Assembly: GCA_050952625.1 (NCBI GenBank) | Contig: JBMNLH010000004.1 | Span: 32,001-96,000 of the forward strand | Length of the DNA stretch: 64,000 nucleotides | Direction of reading: 5' to 3' | DNA from: Bacillota bacterium | GTDB taxonomy: Bacteria > Bacillota > Ch66 > Ch109 | Shown here: in pieces, positions 1 to 10,019 of the stretch | How positions within the stretch are numbered: the stretch's first letter is position 1 | Layout of the letters: each line of letters opens with the position of its first letter | The notes under the pieces: generated by a model | Databases searched by the model: none | Told to the model about the DNA's origin: nothing | Seen by the model: the letters and a program-made list of their open reading frames with translations, nothing else | Program-made: the position numbers and the translations under genes

Positions 1-256
1 GGGGGGATTCTTAACTCAGGTAAAGTTAACGTACAACAAAGGGGTCCGTTCAAGGACCCCTCTGCTTTCTTCTTACTACGACATGATCGGTAGATCGCAT
101 AGACTCTTGATCGCGGGCCGTTCAAGGACCCCTTTGCTTTCTTCTTACTACGACTCACTCCGACTTACTCTGATTTACTTGCCTTTACCGCTTTGCCCCG
201 TCATTTCACTTATTCGCTTACTCCTTGTCCCGCTTCTCCTCTTGCTCCTTTTCATG

Positions 257-3200
257 CTACTCTACACCTTCCAGCAACCGATAGAAGGCAGCTACCGCCT
301 CCGCCCGGGTAGCCAGGGCGTGGGGCTGGAATAGTCCTGGTCTGATCTCTTCCATCAGTCCCCGCTCTACCACCTGCTGGATGGCGTTTCTTGCCCAGTG
401 GGGGAGGCCGGCTAGATCAGTTAATGCTGGAACATCAGTTAACACCGGAGCAGCTTGCCCTTGACTTGGCTTGGTCATGGCATTGCCATTACCATTTGGG
501 ACAACTGGTTCACGGCTGGCCGGTTGCTCCAACTGCTCTAATTGGTTAAGCAGCCGCGATACGACCACCGCCAGCTGACTGCGGGTGACCGGCTCGCCTG
601 GTCGGAAGGTATTATCCGAGTAGCCCACTATCAATCCCAGCTCCTGGACCGCGACCACAGCACTCTGCGCCCAGGCCGGAATGGCCTCCTTATCCTGATA
701 GTTGATTTCGCTGGTCAGCTTATCCGGCCAGCCGACTAAGCGGACCAGTAAACTGGCTAGTTCCGCCCGATTAATTGACTGGTCCGGTCGGAAAGTGCCA
801 TCCAGGTACCCGCTCAAGGTGCCCCGACGGTTCAAGGCAGCGATATATTTGGCCGCCCAGTGGCCTTCAATGTCGGTAAAACCATAGGGCTGAAGTTGGT
901 TAAATTCAATCTGGCATCCCTGCACCCCGCCGTTTCGACTATCCAGGGCCACCACCTGGGCCCCGGTTTCCCCGGCTTCGCGCTCGAAATACCAGACAAA
1001 GTAGCCCTCTCCGCCCACCGGGATCTTTTCCCGCTGCCCATCGGCCCGGTAGAGGTAAAGCCGATCCGCGCTGGTGTTACCGGTTATCCGCACAATGTTT
1101 TCCTGTTTTTGCGCCAAAACCTCCAGCCGTGGGGCAGGGATTCCCGGGCTGGTCTCGACCTCGACAGCGGTCAGGGCTGGCGGCCAGGGAGCCAGACCCT
1201 GGAGCCAACTAAGTCGCGCCCTTTCACCGGCGACTAGATCTTCCAGCCCAACGCGATAGCCATCCTTCGTGATTAAGGTAGACGGACTGACTGAAGCGTG
1301 GGTCCCATCCGCGAAGGAAAGCTGCCCCTGTGCGGTATTGATGCCAGCAATCACCCGTTCTTCTTCCCGGGCTGGTTCAGCCAGATCCAGCCGCCAGATT
1401 TCGTCATTGCCGGGCTGGGTCGTCAATCTTACCCAGAGGCCGGATTGCAAGGCACTGGGCTCAACCTGCAGCCCCCACCGGTAAATCTGCGTTTCGTCGG
1501 TTAACCGGTAGGTGGCGAAATGGTTTAAGTGATCCGCCAGGTACAGGGTCTGTTGTTTTTCACTCCAGTAAATGATCCGGCCAAAGGTAACTGAACTGTT
1601 GGCGGTCAAGTGGATTATTTGCGGCGCGGCCCCGGCTGCTGAACCGGGGATGGTCACCGCCATCACGTAATCTCCTGGCCGCAGGTCGCTAAGCGAGACT
1701 TCCTGGCGGTCACGGATAACGGCTGCGCCCTCAAGGACGGTAAACCGGGTGCCGGATTCTAACCGAAGCTGGCGAGTAGTCGGCTCAACCTCGATCACCC
1801 GACCAAGGGCTAATTCCCGCTGCAAAGCCAGGTATTGCACTTGCCGGATGGTGGGGGACAAGACAAGGCGCACCGACATCCCCGGGAGCACCTGTTCCAG
1901 GCTGGCGGCACCGCCACCGCCAAAAGCCGCGTCCGTGGCCCCGGCATCAATAATCCGGTCCGCGAGCGTAATCGCCGCCCGATCGGCTAATTGATAAGGC
2001 TGGCTCTGGTTGATTAACCAGATTTGTCTGGTTTCCCGGTCTACTTTTTGGACCAGACCCTTTACTTCCTGGTAACCGATCGCCACCTGCCATAAGGTCA
2101 GGCTCGCCGGATTCAGGGAACCGAAGACCTCGCCCCCGGCCGGGATTTTTTCAACCTCGGAGACTTCGGTTTCGTTAACCTTGACCGTCTGGTCCGCGGC
2201 TGGATCCAGATAAAAACCCCCTTCGCGGCTGGCGGTATCAATCTCCATAAACAGCGGTCCTTGACTGGTCGGCAGGGCTTGGATTCCACCAGCCCGCCAG
2301 GTTCGGTCAATCAAGTAAGCAGAACGGGAAGTCTGGTACAACTGTGCCCCGGGCAGTGTCTGGGCCGGCTTTCCGGTTGTTAGCTGACCATCCCGCACCA
2401 ATTTAACGCCCGCCGCGGGGAGGTCAACCTGTTTTCCTCCGGCTAAGACCGCCTGCCCTGAGTTCGTAACCCGCTCCACAGTTCCTTCAGCGACCGGTTG
2501 GCCGAAGACCAGGGCGAAATCCTGGGCCATTCGCTTATGCCCGGTTGTGGTAGCCGGTACCTGGACGCGGCGACCGATGACTTGGAGGCGGTATTCGCCG
2601 GCAGCTGCTTCCGGGATAAACACCTGCTCTACATTGTTTCGCGTATCCGGTTGATTGCCGTTATTTAAGTTAGCGTTGCCCCAGTATTCCTCACCCTTCG
2701 GACCAATCACCACCAGATCCAGGTCATTGACTAAAGCAGTGCTACGGCCGGCAGAGGCAGCCGGGTCGCTCCAGACCAGGGTGGCTTTAAAAGGCCGACC
2801 ATCCTGCTCAACCTGCCAGCGGTATTCCAGGGATTGTTCGGCTTCGACGCCTTCCCTGGCCTCAACATATTGGAAGGAGTCTTCCTTGAGAGCCAGCACT
2901 GTGCCCGTCAAGTCCAGGACGCCGAAGCCTTCGGCATAATTGGCCCCGCCAGCCGGTAGCCGCGCTCCGTTAATCAAAGAGGCTTTCAATAAGGCGGCGG
3001 ACGGGTTGGGTACTTTTTCGCCGACTTGAAACCACTCCCGCAGCAGGGCAGTCGCTCCCCCGGCGACAGCGGCTCCCATACTGCTGCCGCTCATTTGGGT
3101 GTAGAGGGGATTGCCGGCAAAATTGCTTTCCACCAGGCTGGAACAAGCCGAGATAATGGCAGAACCCGGGGCGACTAGATCGGGTTTAATGCGGCCATCG

Positions 3201-4066
3201 CCAGCCGGCCCGCGACTGGAAAAACCGGCCACCTTCGCGGCATCAACTGCCTCTGGACTTAAGGCCGGACGGACGCTCTGACTGGCGCCCACAACCAGGG
3301 CGTTTTTGCTGTTCGCCTCGGTGGTAAGGGACCGACTGGTCGGTCCCTTGTTACCGGCCGCCACAATCGGCAGAAAATCGGGATATCGTCGGACAAAGTC
3401 ATCAATCTGGGCGGTGCTGGTACCGTAGGTGTTATTGCCGCCGCCCCAACCGTTGATATGTACACGCACCCCGGCGGAGTAGGCCGGGTAAAACAGTTGC
3501 TGCAAATCAGCCGGGGGTTCCAGCTTGGTCCCCCCGTCCAGCAAGGCCTGAAAGTAAAGACTGGCCCCGGGAGCAATGCCTTGCCACTTTCCCTCAGAGG
3601 CGGCACCGGTACCAACGACGGTCGCGGCCATGTGGGTCCCGTGACCCAGGGGGTCGTCCGGCACAGCTCGTCCAGCCCAGGACTTGAGCAGCACTACCTT
3701 GGGCATCTGACCGGGCACACTCTGGAGATCCGGGTGAAGATCGTTCAGATTGCCGGTATCTAAGCCGCTGTCCGCCAAACCAATAATCTGCCCCTTGCCG
3801 GTCAACCCGGTTGAGGTGGCTAATCCCTTGGCCGCTAGCGGCCGAGTGCTGATAATATCAGCGGCCCGGTCATTGAGGAACCGGGCCGTTTTATTTTCGA
3901 GTGCGGCACCCTTGATCCCCAACCAATTTAAGACGAGCAGGCAAACTGTCAGACTGGTCAACCAGAACAGGGTTAACCAACGACTGCGTCGCTGGGGACG
4001 CCAGGGACGAAGGTAACGAAGGTAACGAAGGTAACGAAGGTAACAAAGGTAACGCATAAAAACCAT
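257..4066 (-). CDS. Secreted S8 (subtilisin-like) serine protease with repeated beta-domains and C-terminal SLH domains
   Basis: Catalytic motifs IGLADSG (Asp), GHGTHMA (His), AAGN, SGSSMGA (Ser); N-terminal hydrophobic signal; SLH motifs FTDIEGHWA, GTFRPDQSINRAELA, TRAEAVA. Confidence 0.9.
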   Translation of the reverse strand: MVFMRYLCYLRYLRYLRYLRPWRPQRRSRWLTLFWLTSLTVCLLVLNWLGIKGAALENKTARFLNDRAADIISTRPLAAKGLATSTGLTGKGQIIGLADSGLDTGNLNDLHPDLQSVPGQMPKVVLLKSWAGRAVPDDPLGHGTHMAATVVGTGAASEGKWQGIAPGASLYFQALLDGGTKLEPPADLQQLFYPAYSAGVRVHINGWGGGNNTYGTSTAQIDDFVRRYPDFLPIVAAGNKGPTSRSLTTEANSKNALVVGASQSVRPALSPEAVDAAKVAGFSSRGPAGDGRIKPDLVAPGSAIISACSSLVESNFAGNPLYTQMSGSSMGAAVAGGATALLREWFQVGEKVPNPSAALLKASLINGARLPAGGANYAEGFGVLDLTGTVLALKEDSFQYVEAREGVEAEQSLEYRWQVEQDGRPFKATLVWSDPAASAGRSTALVNDLDLVVIGPKGEEYWGNANLNNGNQPDTRNNVEQVFIPEAAAGEYRLQVIGRRVQVPATTTGHKRMAQDFALVFGQPVAEGTVERVTNSGQAVLAGGKQVDLPAAGVKLVRDGQLTTGKPAQTLPGAQLYQTSRSAYLIDRTWRAGGIQALPTSQGPLFMEIDTASREGGFYLDPAADQTVKVNETEVSEVEKIPAGGEVFGSLNPASLTLWQVAIGYQEVKGLVQKVDRETRQIWLINQSQPYQLADRAAITLADRIIDAGATDAAFGGGGAASLEQVLPGMSVRLVLSPTIRQVQYLALQRELALGRVIEVEPTTRQLRLESGTRFTVLEGAAVIRDRQEVSLSDLRPGDYVMAVTIPGSAAGAAPQIIHLTANSSVTFGRIIYWSEKQQTLYLADHLNHFATYRLTDETQIYRWGLQVEPSALQSGLWVRLTTQPGNDEIWRLDLAEPAREEERVIAGINTAQGQLSFADGTHASVSPSTLITKDGYRVGLEDLVAGERARLSWLQGLAPWPPALTAVEVETSPGIPAPRLEVLAQKQENIVRITGNTSADRLYLYRADGQREKIPVGGEGYFVWYFEREAGETGAQVVALDSRNGGVQGCQIEFNQLQPYGFTDIEGHWAAKYIAALNRRGTLSGYLDGTFRPDQSINRAELASLLVRLVGWPDKLTSEINYQDKEAIPAWAQSAVVAVQELGLIVGYSDNTFRPGEPVTRSQLAVVVSRLLNQLEQLEQPASREPVVPNGNGNAMTKPSQGQAAPVLTDVPALTDLAGLPHWARNAIQQVVERGLMEEIRPGLFQPHALATRAEAVAAFYRLLEGVE
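4010..4054. repeat. 9-bp tandem repeat (aaggtaacg x5) encoding RYL x5 at the protease N-terminus
   Basis: Read directly; one unit is aaggtaaca. Confidence 0.95.
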
Positions 4067-4440
4067 AACTTCTCCTCTTCGCCGTCATATTTCTGAATCC
4101 AGGCGGGAATCTAGCGAAGCCTTATGGATTTTGGGTCACCCGCCCCCTCTTGGTTTTCAACGTTTAGAACTTACTAAAAGATATGGGTTCGCGGATAATT
4201 CTTGGATTTAACAATTCAGATTCAGATTTAACAATTCGGTTTACTTGGCGCTGTTTTTAACTGCCTGGCGGTATTCTCCCGATGATTTTTCTAATCCTTC
4301 GATTGAGCAGCTTAATCATTATCATCCACTGTAGGATCACCATCATCCACTATAGGGAGGAATAAACCCTGGCAGGGCACCGGTGGGCACGTCACCCTGC
4401 CATCCATCACCCACTATGGAATAAACCGTTCGGGACAACG

Positions 4441-5946
4441 TTAACCATACATCCAGCTCAGTTTCTTCACGACCCGCCGGCCAAACAGGAAGTAGTTGCA
4501 GGCCTTGCGGAGCAACCGAAACGGCAGGGCGTTATTCTCCAGTAGTTTGGTCCGGGTGGCAATAGGCTTAATCAGCTTATACAGGCGCGGAAACTGGGTG
4601 TAGTAGATCAGGTTGATCCAGTACTGACTGCGCCGGTAATTGACCCGCTCATTGCCGTAGAACCAGTACATACTCCGGTACTGCTCCTCCAGGGGCAGGT
4701 TCTGCAGCCGGTCCATTTCAGCCTGGGTAACGACGCCCTGTTTGATGGCCAGGTTGACGATCTCGGTCCCGGGCAGGAAGCTCAGGCCGTGGAGTTGCAG
4801 GGTAAACGGCCGGTGCAGCTGCTCACAGAGTTCCAGGGTTAGCCGAAAGTCTTCTTCTGACTCGAACGGGTGATCCAGGATGAAGTCATAAATCACCTCT
4901 GGCACCTTGGCCTGAGCCAGCACCCGAGTCATTTCGATTATCTCTTCCTGGCTTTCTTTGCGGAAAAAGACCTGCTTTCGGATCCGCGGAGAGCCGCTCT
5001 GAATCCCGATGACGGCCTGAGATAAGCCGACCCCAACCAGGATCTCAATAATCTCCTGGTTTATCCGCAGGGGGTGGCCCCAGATCTGGAAAGGCAAGTT
5101 TATTTCTTGCTTATACCGTGCCGCGAACTCTTTGACCCAGTCCAGATCATCCGGGAAGATTTCGTCCCAGAACAGGACCATGCGCATCCGTTTCATTTTC
5201 TGCTTGGCCTGTTTGAGTTCCTGCATCACGTTGTCCACGCTGCGCAGCCGGACAAACTTCCCTTTGCCCCGGTAAAGTCTTTTCAAACTGAGGCTGCTGC
5301 AGTAGGAGCAGACAAAGGGGCAGCCGCGGGAACAGGTCATTTCATAGGTATGGGTATTGATCTGCGGATCACCGTAATGCAGCCGATCGTGATTAATGTA
5401 GTAAATATTAATACCGCCCAGAGCCGGAAAGGGCAGAGCATCCAGGTTGTTTTCCAGCGGACGGACGTCATTGACGATGGTTTGTCCATCCTGACGGTAA
5501 GCCAGGTTGAGCAGGTGCCGAGGATTCTCACCCCGCTCCAGGTGTTCAACCAACTCCACCAGGGCTTCCTCGCTTTCCCCCCGCAACACCCAGTCAGCGT
5601 GGTCCAGGCTTTCGGCCGGGAAGAGAGTCGGGTAGACGCCGCCCCAGATAATCGGCGTGTCCGGGCCGACACTAGCCCTGATTCGCCGGGTTAGTTCCCG
5701 GGGGGCTTCCAGGTAGAGCGTAGACATTACACTCAGGCCGATGACATCTGGTTTTAGGTCGCGGAGCAGGTTCAGGATGTAGTCGTATTCCTTTTCACTG
5801 GGCTTTTTCATATTGCCGCTTTCAAAGTTTTTGAAGCAAATCAGGTCACAGTCAAAGCCCCGCTCCCGAAGCATGGAAGTTAGGTACCGGACCCCTAATA
5901 CCTTGTAATTATACAGACCGATAAGGGCCACCTTGTAGCGGGCCAT
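4441..5946 (-). CDS. B12-binding radical SAM protein (class B methyltransferase-like)
   Basis: N-terminal cobalamin-binding domain (LGVRYL...PDVIGLS...GGVYPT), SRGCPFVCSYC CxxxCxxC; ATG 5946 preceded by RBS GAAAGGGG. Confidence 0.88.
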   Translation of the reverse strand: MARYKVALIGLYNYKVLGVRYLTSMLRERGFDCDLICFKNFESGNMKKPSEKEYDYILNLLRDLKPDVIGLSVMSTLYLEAPRELTRRIRASVGPDTPIIWGGVYPTLFPAESLDHADWVLRGESEEALVELVEHLERGENPRHLLNLAYRQDGQTIVNDVRPLENNLDALPFPALGGINIYYINHDRLHYGDPQINTHTYEMTCSRGCPFVCSYCSSLSLKRLYRGKGKFVRLRSVDNVMQELKQAKQKMKRMRMVLFWDEIFPDDLDWVKEFAARYKQEINLPFQIWGHPLRINQEIIEILVGVGLSQAVIGIQSGSPRIRKQVFFRKESQEEIIEMTRVLAQAKVPEVIYDFILDHPFESEEDFRLTLELCEQLHRPFTLQLHGLSFLPGTEIVNLAIKQGVVTQAEMDRLQNLPLEEQYRSMYWFYGNERVNYRRSQYWINLIYYTQFPRLYKLIKPIATRTKLLENNALPFRLLRKACNYFLFGRRVVKKLSWMYG

Positions 5947-6032
5947 GGGACAACCCCTTTCGACAGCCACTCTTGAGGCTGTTAGTTTTACTTACGGTAG
6001 GATTTTTAAGGATTTCTTGTCAGATTCTTTAA

Positions 6033-6143
6033 TCTGAATCAAAAGACTCCCGCTTCTATAAGTGGGGGTTACCTTATTTAAACTTCAGGTGGAGTAGAGT
6101 CCCCATCTGAAGCTTGATGTTCAGCGAAGCTGAACGAGTTCAC
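6033..6143 (+). mobile_element. Family A element (IS200/IS605/TnpB right-end-like, non-autonomous), copy 1
   Basis: tctgaatcaaaagactcccgcttctataagtggggg...cttcaggtgg/ccatctgaag...gttcagcgaagctgaac gagttcac; recurs 6 more times in the window. Confidence 0.65.
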
Positions 6144-6198
6144 TCTTTATTTGCAGTTTATTTATTTAATTACCAAAAATTGATTTAGTATCGTATTG

Positions 6199-6340
6199 TT
6201 GCTATGAATAGAACCACTATTCGTTTATCGTGGTGCAGTCAATGCGTGATTAATTCTGAGTGAAGCGAAGAATCTTCCCACGCTGAGAAGTAAGATCCTC
6301 CGCTAATGCTCAGGCTGACATAAGTCCCCTATTTCCATTA
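6199..6340 (+). repeat. Family B palindromic element
   Basis: ttctgagtgaagcgaagaatct...agatcctccgctaatgctcaggctgaca; inverted copy at 14205-14378. Confidence 0.8.
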
Positions 6341-6490
6341 GTGGTTGTGCTTAGCGGGCATGGGTGGTTAAGTAAATATTTGCGTAAGTAAAAAATTAGG
6401 GGAATTGCGTATTCGGCGCATACTTTTTGTGATTTTCTTATTGGTTTATATGATTAACGCCTTGTAAAACGCTTTTGTAACGCCATGTAC

Positions 6491-6554
6491 TAAGCAGTTC
6501 TATCGCTAAACAGTTCTATCGCTAAGCAGCTTTATCGTTAAGCAGCTCTATCAA
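6491..6554. repeat. 16-bp tandem repeat x4 (taagcagttctatcgc)
   Basis: Read directly, degenerate. Confidence 0.85.
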
Positions 6555-6722
6555 GGAAGCAAGAGAACCGTCCCCGTGTCTCCGTGTCCCGTGTCCCACT
6601 GAGGCTGCTTCAATTACCTATTATAACATACTTAGCGTCGAAGGTTGACGAACCAATGTTGTCCAGGGCAGGAAAAGGGAAGAACAGAGTTGTTTTCCCG
6701 AGTTTAACACTTCAGCAGAACG

Positions 6723-6759
6723 AAAATCTCCTGTAACCGTTGATATTACAGGAGATTTT
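6723..6759. terminator. 14-bp perfect inverted repeat, possibly a bidirectional terminator or element end
   Basis: aaaatctcctgtaa-9nt-ttacaggagatttt. Confidence 0.5.
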
Positions 6760-6932
6760 GTATTTATATGGGGGTATAAAATTATAGTTATATAATAGAC
6801 ACCTTATTGATACTATTTTAAGTTGTCTAAGTTCGCTGATGGTTTTGGTTATAATTTGATTTCTACAGTGGACAATACTGGTGTGCTATAATAATGCTGT
6901 GCAGGAAAAAGCTGGAAGGTGGTTGAGCAAAC

Positions 6933-7049
6933 ATGCAGGCACAAGTTAGCCCCCAAAAATCTGCCCCTTTAAATAACACTCAACTATCCACCTGGGGAGA
7001 TTACTTGGCTTTACCCGATGATGGTCTAATCGCGTTGTTTTATTGCTGA
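6933..7049 (+). pseudogene. Truncated Uma2 (DUF820) endonuclease remnant
   Basis: Hand translation MQAQVSPQKSAPLNNTQLSTWGDYLALPDDGLIALFYC*; TWxDYLALPDDG is the typical Uma2 N-terminus; RBS GGAAGGTGG. Confidence 0.6.
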
Positions 7050-7094
7050 TTTGGCCTGGAAGATCCCGGCCATCCTCAATCTATGATAAAATAA

Positions 7095-8123
7095 ATGAAG
7101 AAACCAATGAACGAACAGAAAAAGGGGGTGGGCCTGATCACGGAAGCAGAATCAGGGGTACCGAGGCAAGATCCCCACCAACATGACAAGGGATACCGGC
7201 AGTTGCTGGCCAACAAAAAAACATTCCTGCAATTGATCAAGTCTTTCGTCAAGGAACCCTGGGTAGAAAACATCAATGAAGAAGCATTAGTTAAACTTGA
7301 CCGCTCCTTTGTCTTGAAGGATTTTACCGACAAGGAAGCCGACATAGTTTATCGTTTAAAAACCAACGATAAAGATATTTTCTTTTATATCCTGCTGGAA
7401 CTGCAATCAAGCGTAGACTTCTTAATGCCATTCCGATTGCTAGTGTACATGGTGCAGTTATGGCTGCATGTTTATCAAAATACTGACAAAGACGAGAGAG
7501 TGCGCAAGGACTACCGTTTACCGGTAATTATCCCGGCGGTCCTCTACAATGGAGCCAATAACTGGACTGCCCCTTTAAGCTTTAAGGAGATGCTGGCCGA
7601 CCATAAATCGTTCGAAAAGCACTTAGTCGATTTTCGGTACATCCTGTTCGATGTAAACAGATACCAAAAAGACGAACTGCTGCAGATGGCCAACTTGATC
7701 TCCAGCATTCTGTTGCTTGACCAAAAGATAAGCAAGGAAGAAATAATCAGCCGGTTATGGCTGATGATTGATACAATTAAGAAAATGTCCCCAGATGAGT
7801 TTCAACAGTTAAAGACTTGGCTGATCAATGTTTTGCTGCCAAGGGTGCCCGAGCAGCAACAAAGGGAAGTTGAGCAGATATTGAAGGAAGGCAATCCCCA
7901 GGAGGTGGTGCAGATGATTCTGAACCTGGAAGTAACCTTGGATGAGATGCAGCAACAGGCAGAGGCTAGAGGTGAGGCTAGAGGCGAGGCCAAGGGTGCG
8001 GAAAGAAAACAAATAGAGATAGCCCGGGCAGCCCTGCGTGAAGGATTTGGGATTGAAGCCATCGCCAAGATAACCGGCCTTACTAAAGAACAAGTAGAAA
8101 AATTAAAGCAAGCGATGAACTGA
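7095..8123 (+). CDS. Rpn/YhgA-like PD-(D/E)XK nuclease
   Basis: HDKGYRQLL, EADIVY, LLELQSSVDFLMPFRLLVYM, LPVIIPAVLYNG, C-terminal EARGEARGEAKG and IAKITGL. Confidence 0.9.
   Translation: MKKPMNEQKKGVGLITEAESGVPRQDPHQHDKGYRQLLANKKTFLQLIKSFVKEPWVENINEEALVKLDRSFVLKDFTDKEADIVYRLKTNDKDIFFYILLELQSSVDFLMPFRLLVYMVQLWLHVYQNTDKDERVRKDYRLPVIIPAVLYNGANNWTAPLSFKEMLADHKSFEKHLVDFRYILFDVNRYQKDELLQMANLISSILLLDQKISKEEIISRLWLMIDTIKKMSPDEFQQLKTWLINVLLPRVPEQQQREVEQILKEGNPQEVVQMILNLEVTLDEMQQQAEARGEARGEAKGAERKQIEIARAALREGFGIEAIAKITGLTKEQVEKLKQAMN
7914..8123 (+). CDS. Putative internally initiated small Rpn C-terminal protein (RpnS-type antitoxin), 69 aa
   Basis: AGGAGGTG at 7900-7907, 6 nt before the in-frame ATG 7914. 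Confidence 0.65.
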   Translation: MILNLEVTLDEMQQQAEARGEARGEAKGAERKQIEIARAALREGFGIEAIAKITGLTKEQVEKLKQAMN

Positions 8124-8135
8124 TAAAATAGTTAG

Positions 8136-8161
8136 AAATACCGGCTTTGACCGGTATTTTT
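8136..8161 (+). terminator. Intrinsic terminator after rpn
   Basis: aaataccgg-ctttga-ccggtattttt. Confidence 0.7.
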
Positions 8162-8294
8162 AGCTGCCCTTATATACCAGTATTCGTTTGTCGCGATGCT
8201 GTCAATACATGATATTTCTGGATGAATTGAAAGAACTTACCGAATTGATTTTAGGATTAACCGAGATAGTTAACCTGTCCCGGCGTCCCACATA

Positions 8295-8368
8295 AGGTTT
8301 AGTTTAGGTTTAGTTTAGGTTTAGTTTAGGTTTAGTTTAGGTTTAGTTAGGTTTAGTTAGGTTTAGTT
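8295..8368. repeat. 11/10-bp tandem repeat (aggtttagttt) overlapping the VanZ stop codon
   Basis: Read directly, about 7 units. Confidence 0.9.
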
Positions 8369-9016
8369 TTTTCCTTCATTGTCCCCTTTGTTGTCCCTTT
8401 TGTTAATTAAAGTATGGCTTGTTTTTGCCCTTCCCCCGTTGCGAATTGACTTGATCCCGCCAGTTAACATCTCGCTAAGCCAGCTTATATTTCGGACCAA
8501 AAAAACTAAGCCCAACGCTCCGATAACCCCGGCTGCGTCAACCGCAATGTCCTGAACGGTCCCGCTACGTCCCCGAAGCAGGGTCTGATGACTCTCGTCG
8601 GCTATCGCGGCCAGCAGGCCCAGAGAAAGGGTCCAAGCGTAGGGCGAGATTCGGAAATCCCCCCAGGGAATTTGCACTAAAGTACCAAAGATTAATAGGC
8701 CTAAGATTAAGTAAACCGACCAGTGACCGGCCTTACGGACCACAAAATCAAACTTGACTCCTAAATCTGAGGTGCGTGTGCCATAAAAGGCTAACAAACG
8801 ATCAACGGCCGGCATGGCCTTTTTCGCGGCCTGATTGATGCCTTCTTTGACCGCATCTAACCCTCGAATTTCCAGATCACTTTTCTGATAAGCCCGCCGC
8901 AGGTCTTTCAAATCTTTACTAGGTTCGATCACTATCCTGGGCTGCATTGACAGAAACAAGACAACGCCCAACCAGATCAGGGCCATTAATAGTAAGCCAG
9001 TTTTTTTCAACTGCAT
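8363..9016 (-). CDS. VanZ family membrane protein
   Basis: VRKAGHWSVY, AIADESHQ, GRSGTVQDIAVD; ATG 9016 with RBS AAAGGGGAG. Confidence 0.85.
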   Translation of the reverse strand: MQLKKTGLLLMALIWLGVVLFLSMQPRIVIEPSKDLKDLRRAYQKSDLEIRGLDAVKEGINQAAKKAMPAVDRLLAFYGTRTSDLGVKFDFVVRKAGHWSVYLILGLLIFGTLVQIPWGDFRISPYAWTLSLGLLAAIADESHQTLLRGRSGTVQDIAVDAAGVIGALGLVFLVRNISWLSEMLTGGIKSIRNGGRAKTSHTLINKRDNKGDNEGKN

Positions 9017-9029
9017 CTCCCCTTTAGAA

Positions 9030-9790
9030 CTACCTTCCCTGCCGCCAGACCCTAAGCACAAACTTCGGCAAGGCCAGCATCCGGCGCCAGCGCCAGGGTT
9101 CTCGAATCAGCCTGCCTAGCCACTCCAACTGCAGCCGGCACATCCAGGCCGGTGCCCGTTGAGCGCGGCCGGAAATGACGTCCAGACTACCGCCTACACC
9201 GACACTCACTGGCACCTTCAGCCTCCCCTGGTCCAACTGCCGACGTATCCAAAACTCCTGTCTGGGGGCTCCTAGGGCGACTAATAAAATATCCGGGTGT
9301 GTCTGATCAATGAGTTCGAGTATTTTCTGTTCCTCAGCTGAATCAAGTTGCCAATAGCCATGGTAGGTGCCGGCTATGAGTAAGCCGCGGGTAGCGTTCG
9401 CTGCAGTTTCTGTCCGGCTTCTTCAGCGACTCCAGGTGCGCCGCCCAGGAGGAACAGCTTCCAGCCGGCTGCTTCGGCGACCGGGGCCAGCGTATTAACC
9501 AGATCAATCCCGGTTACCCGTTCTGGGACGGGTTGCCCCAGGTAACGGCTCGCCCAAACCACGCCCGCTCCATCCGGGGTTACCATGTCAGCGCGATTGA
9601 TTAGTTCAAGAAGGGCTAGATTAAACTGGGCCTGGTACACAATTTCCGCGTTCAGGGTAATAACGTGCCGCGGCTGACCAGTATTCGGGAAGCCATTATT
9701 GAAGCCATTATTAATGAAGCCCCTTATCCGCTCAATCGTTTCCCCCATCGTCAGTCGGTCAATCCGTGCCCCCAGGACGTTTACTTTGGC
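9030..9790 (-). CDS. tagA: TagA/WecB-CpsF N-acetylmannosaminyltransferase domain (apparent frameshift near 9380), in frame with the CsaB C-terminus
   Basis: VNVLGARIDRLT, ITLNAE, TPDGAGVVWAS, ERVTGIDL, then LVALGAPRQEFW and GVGGSLDV...RAPAWM...LEWLGRLIREPWR in a shifted frame. Confidence 0.8.
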
Positions 9791-10019
9791 CTCACCGTCT
9801 GCTTGGGACAGCAAACCTGTCCCCGTGTCCCTGCAGCCTACTCCCCCTTTCAAAAAGGGATAGTGCCTTTCCAGAGGAGCTTTGGCCTCGCCTCTTGGCT
9901 GATGATGGTCGAACTTGCCACCAGTTGGGGCAGATTGAGGATAAGGCTTATTTTGATCCATTATTTCTAAGGCTATTTCTGCCCGGGCATCGGCATCGGC
10001 GGTCTGTTTTGTCTTTGGA

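Noticed and set aside
4010-4054. ON/OFF phase variation of the protease
   Set aside because: A 9-bp unit preserves the reading frame.
7095-8123. Active IS (Rpn is often annotated as a transposase)
   Set aside because: No terminal inverted repeats or target duplications seen.
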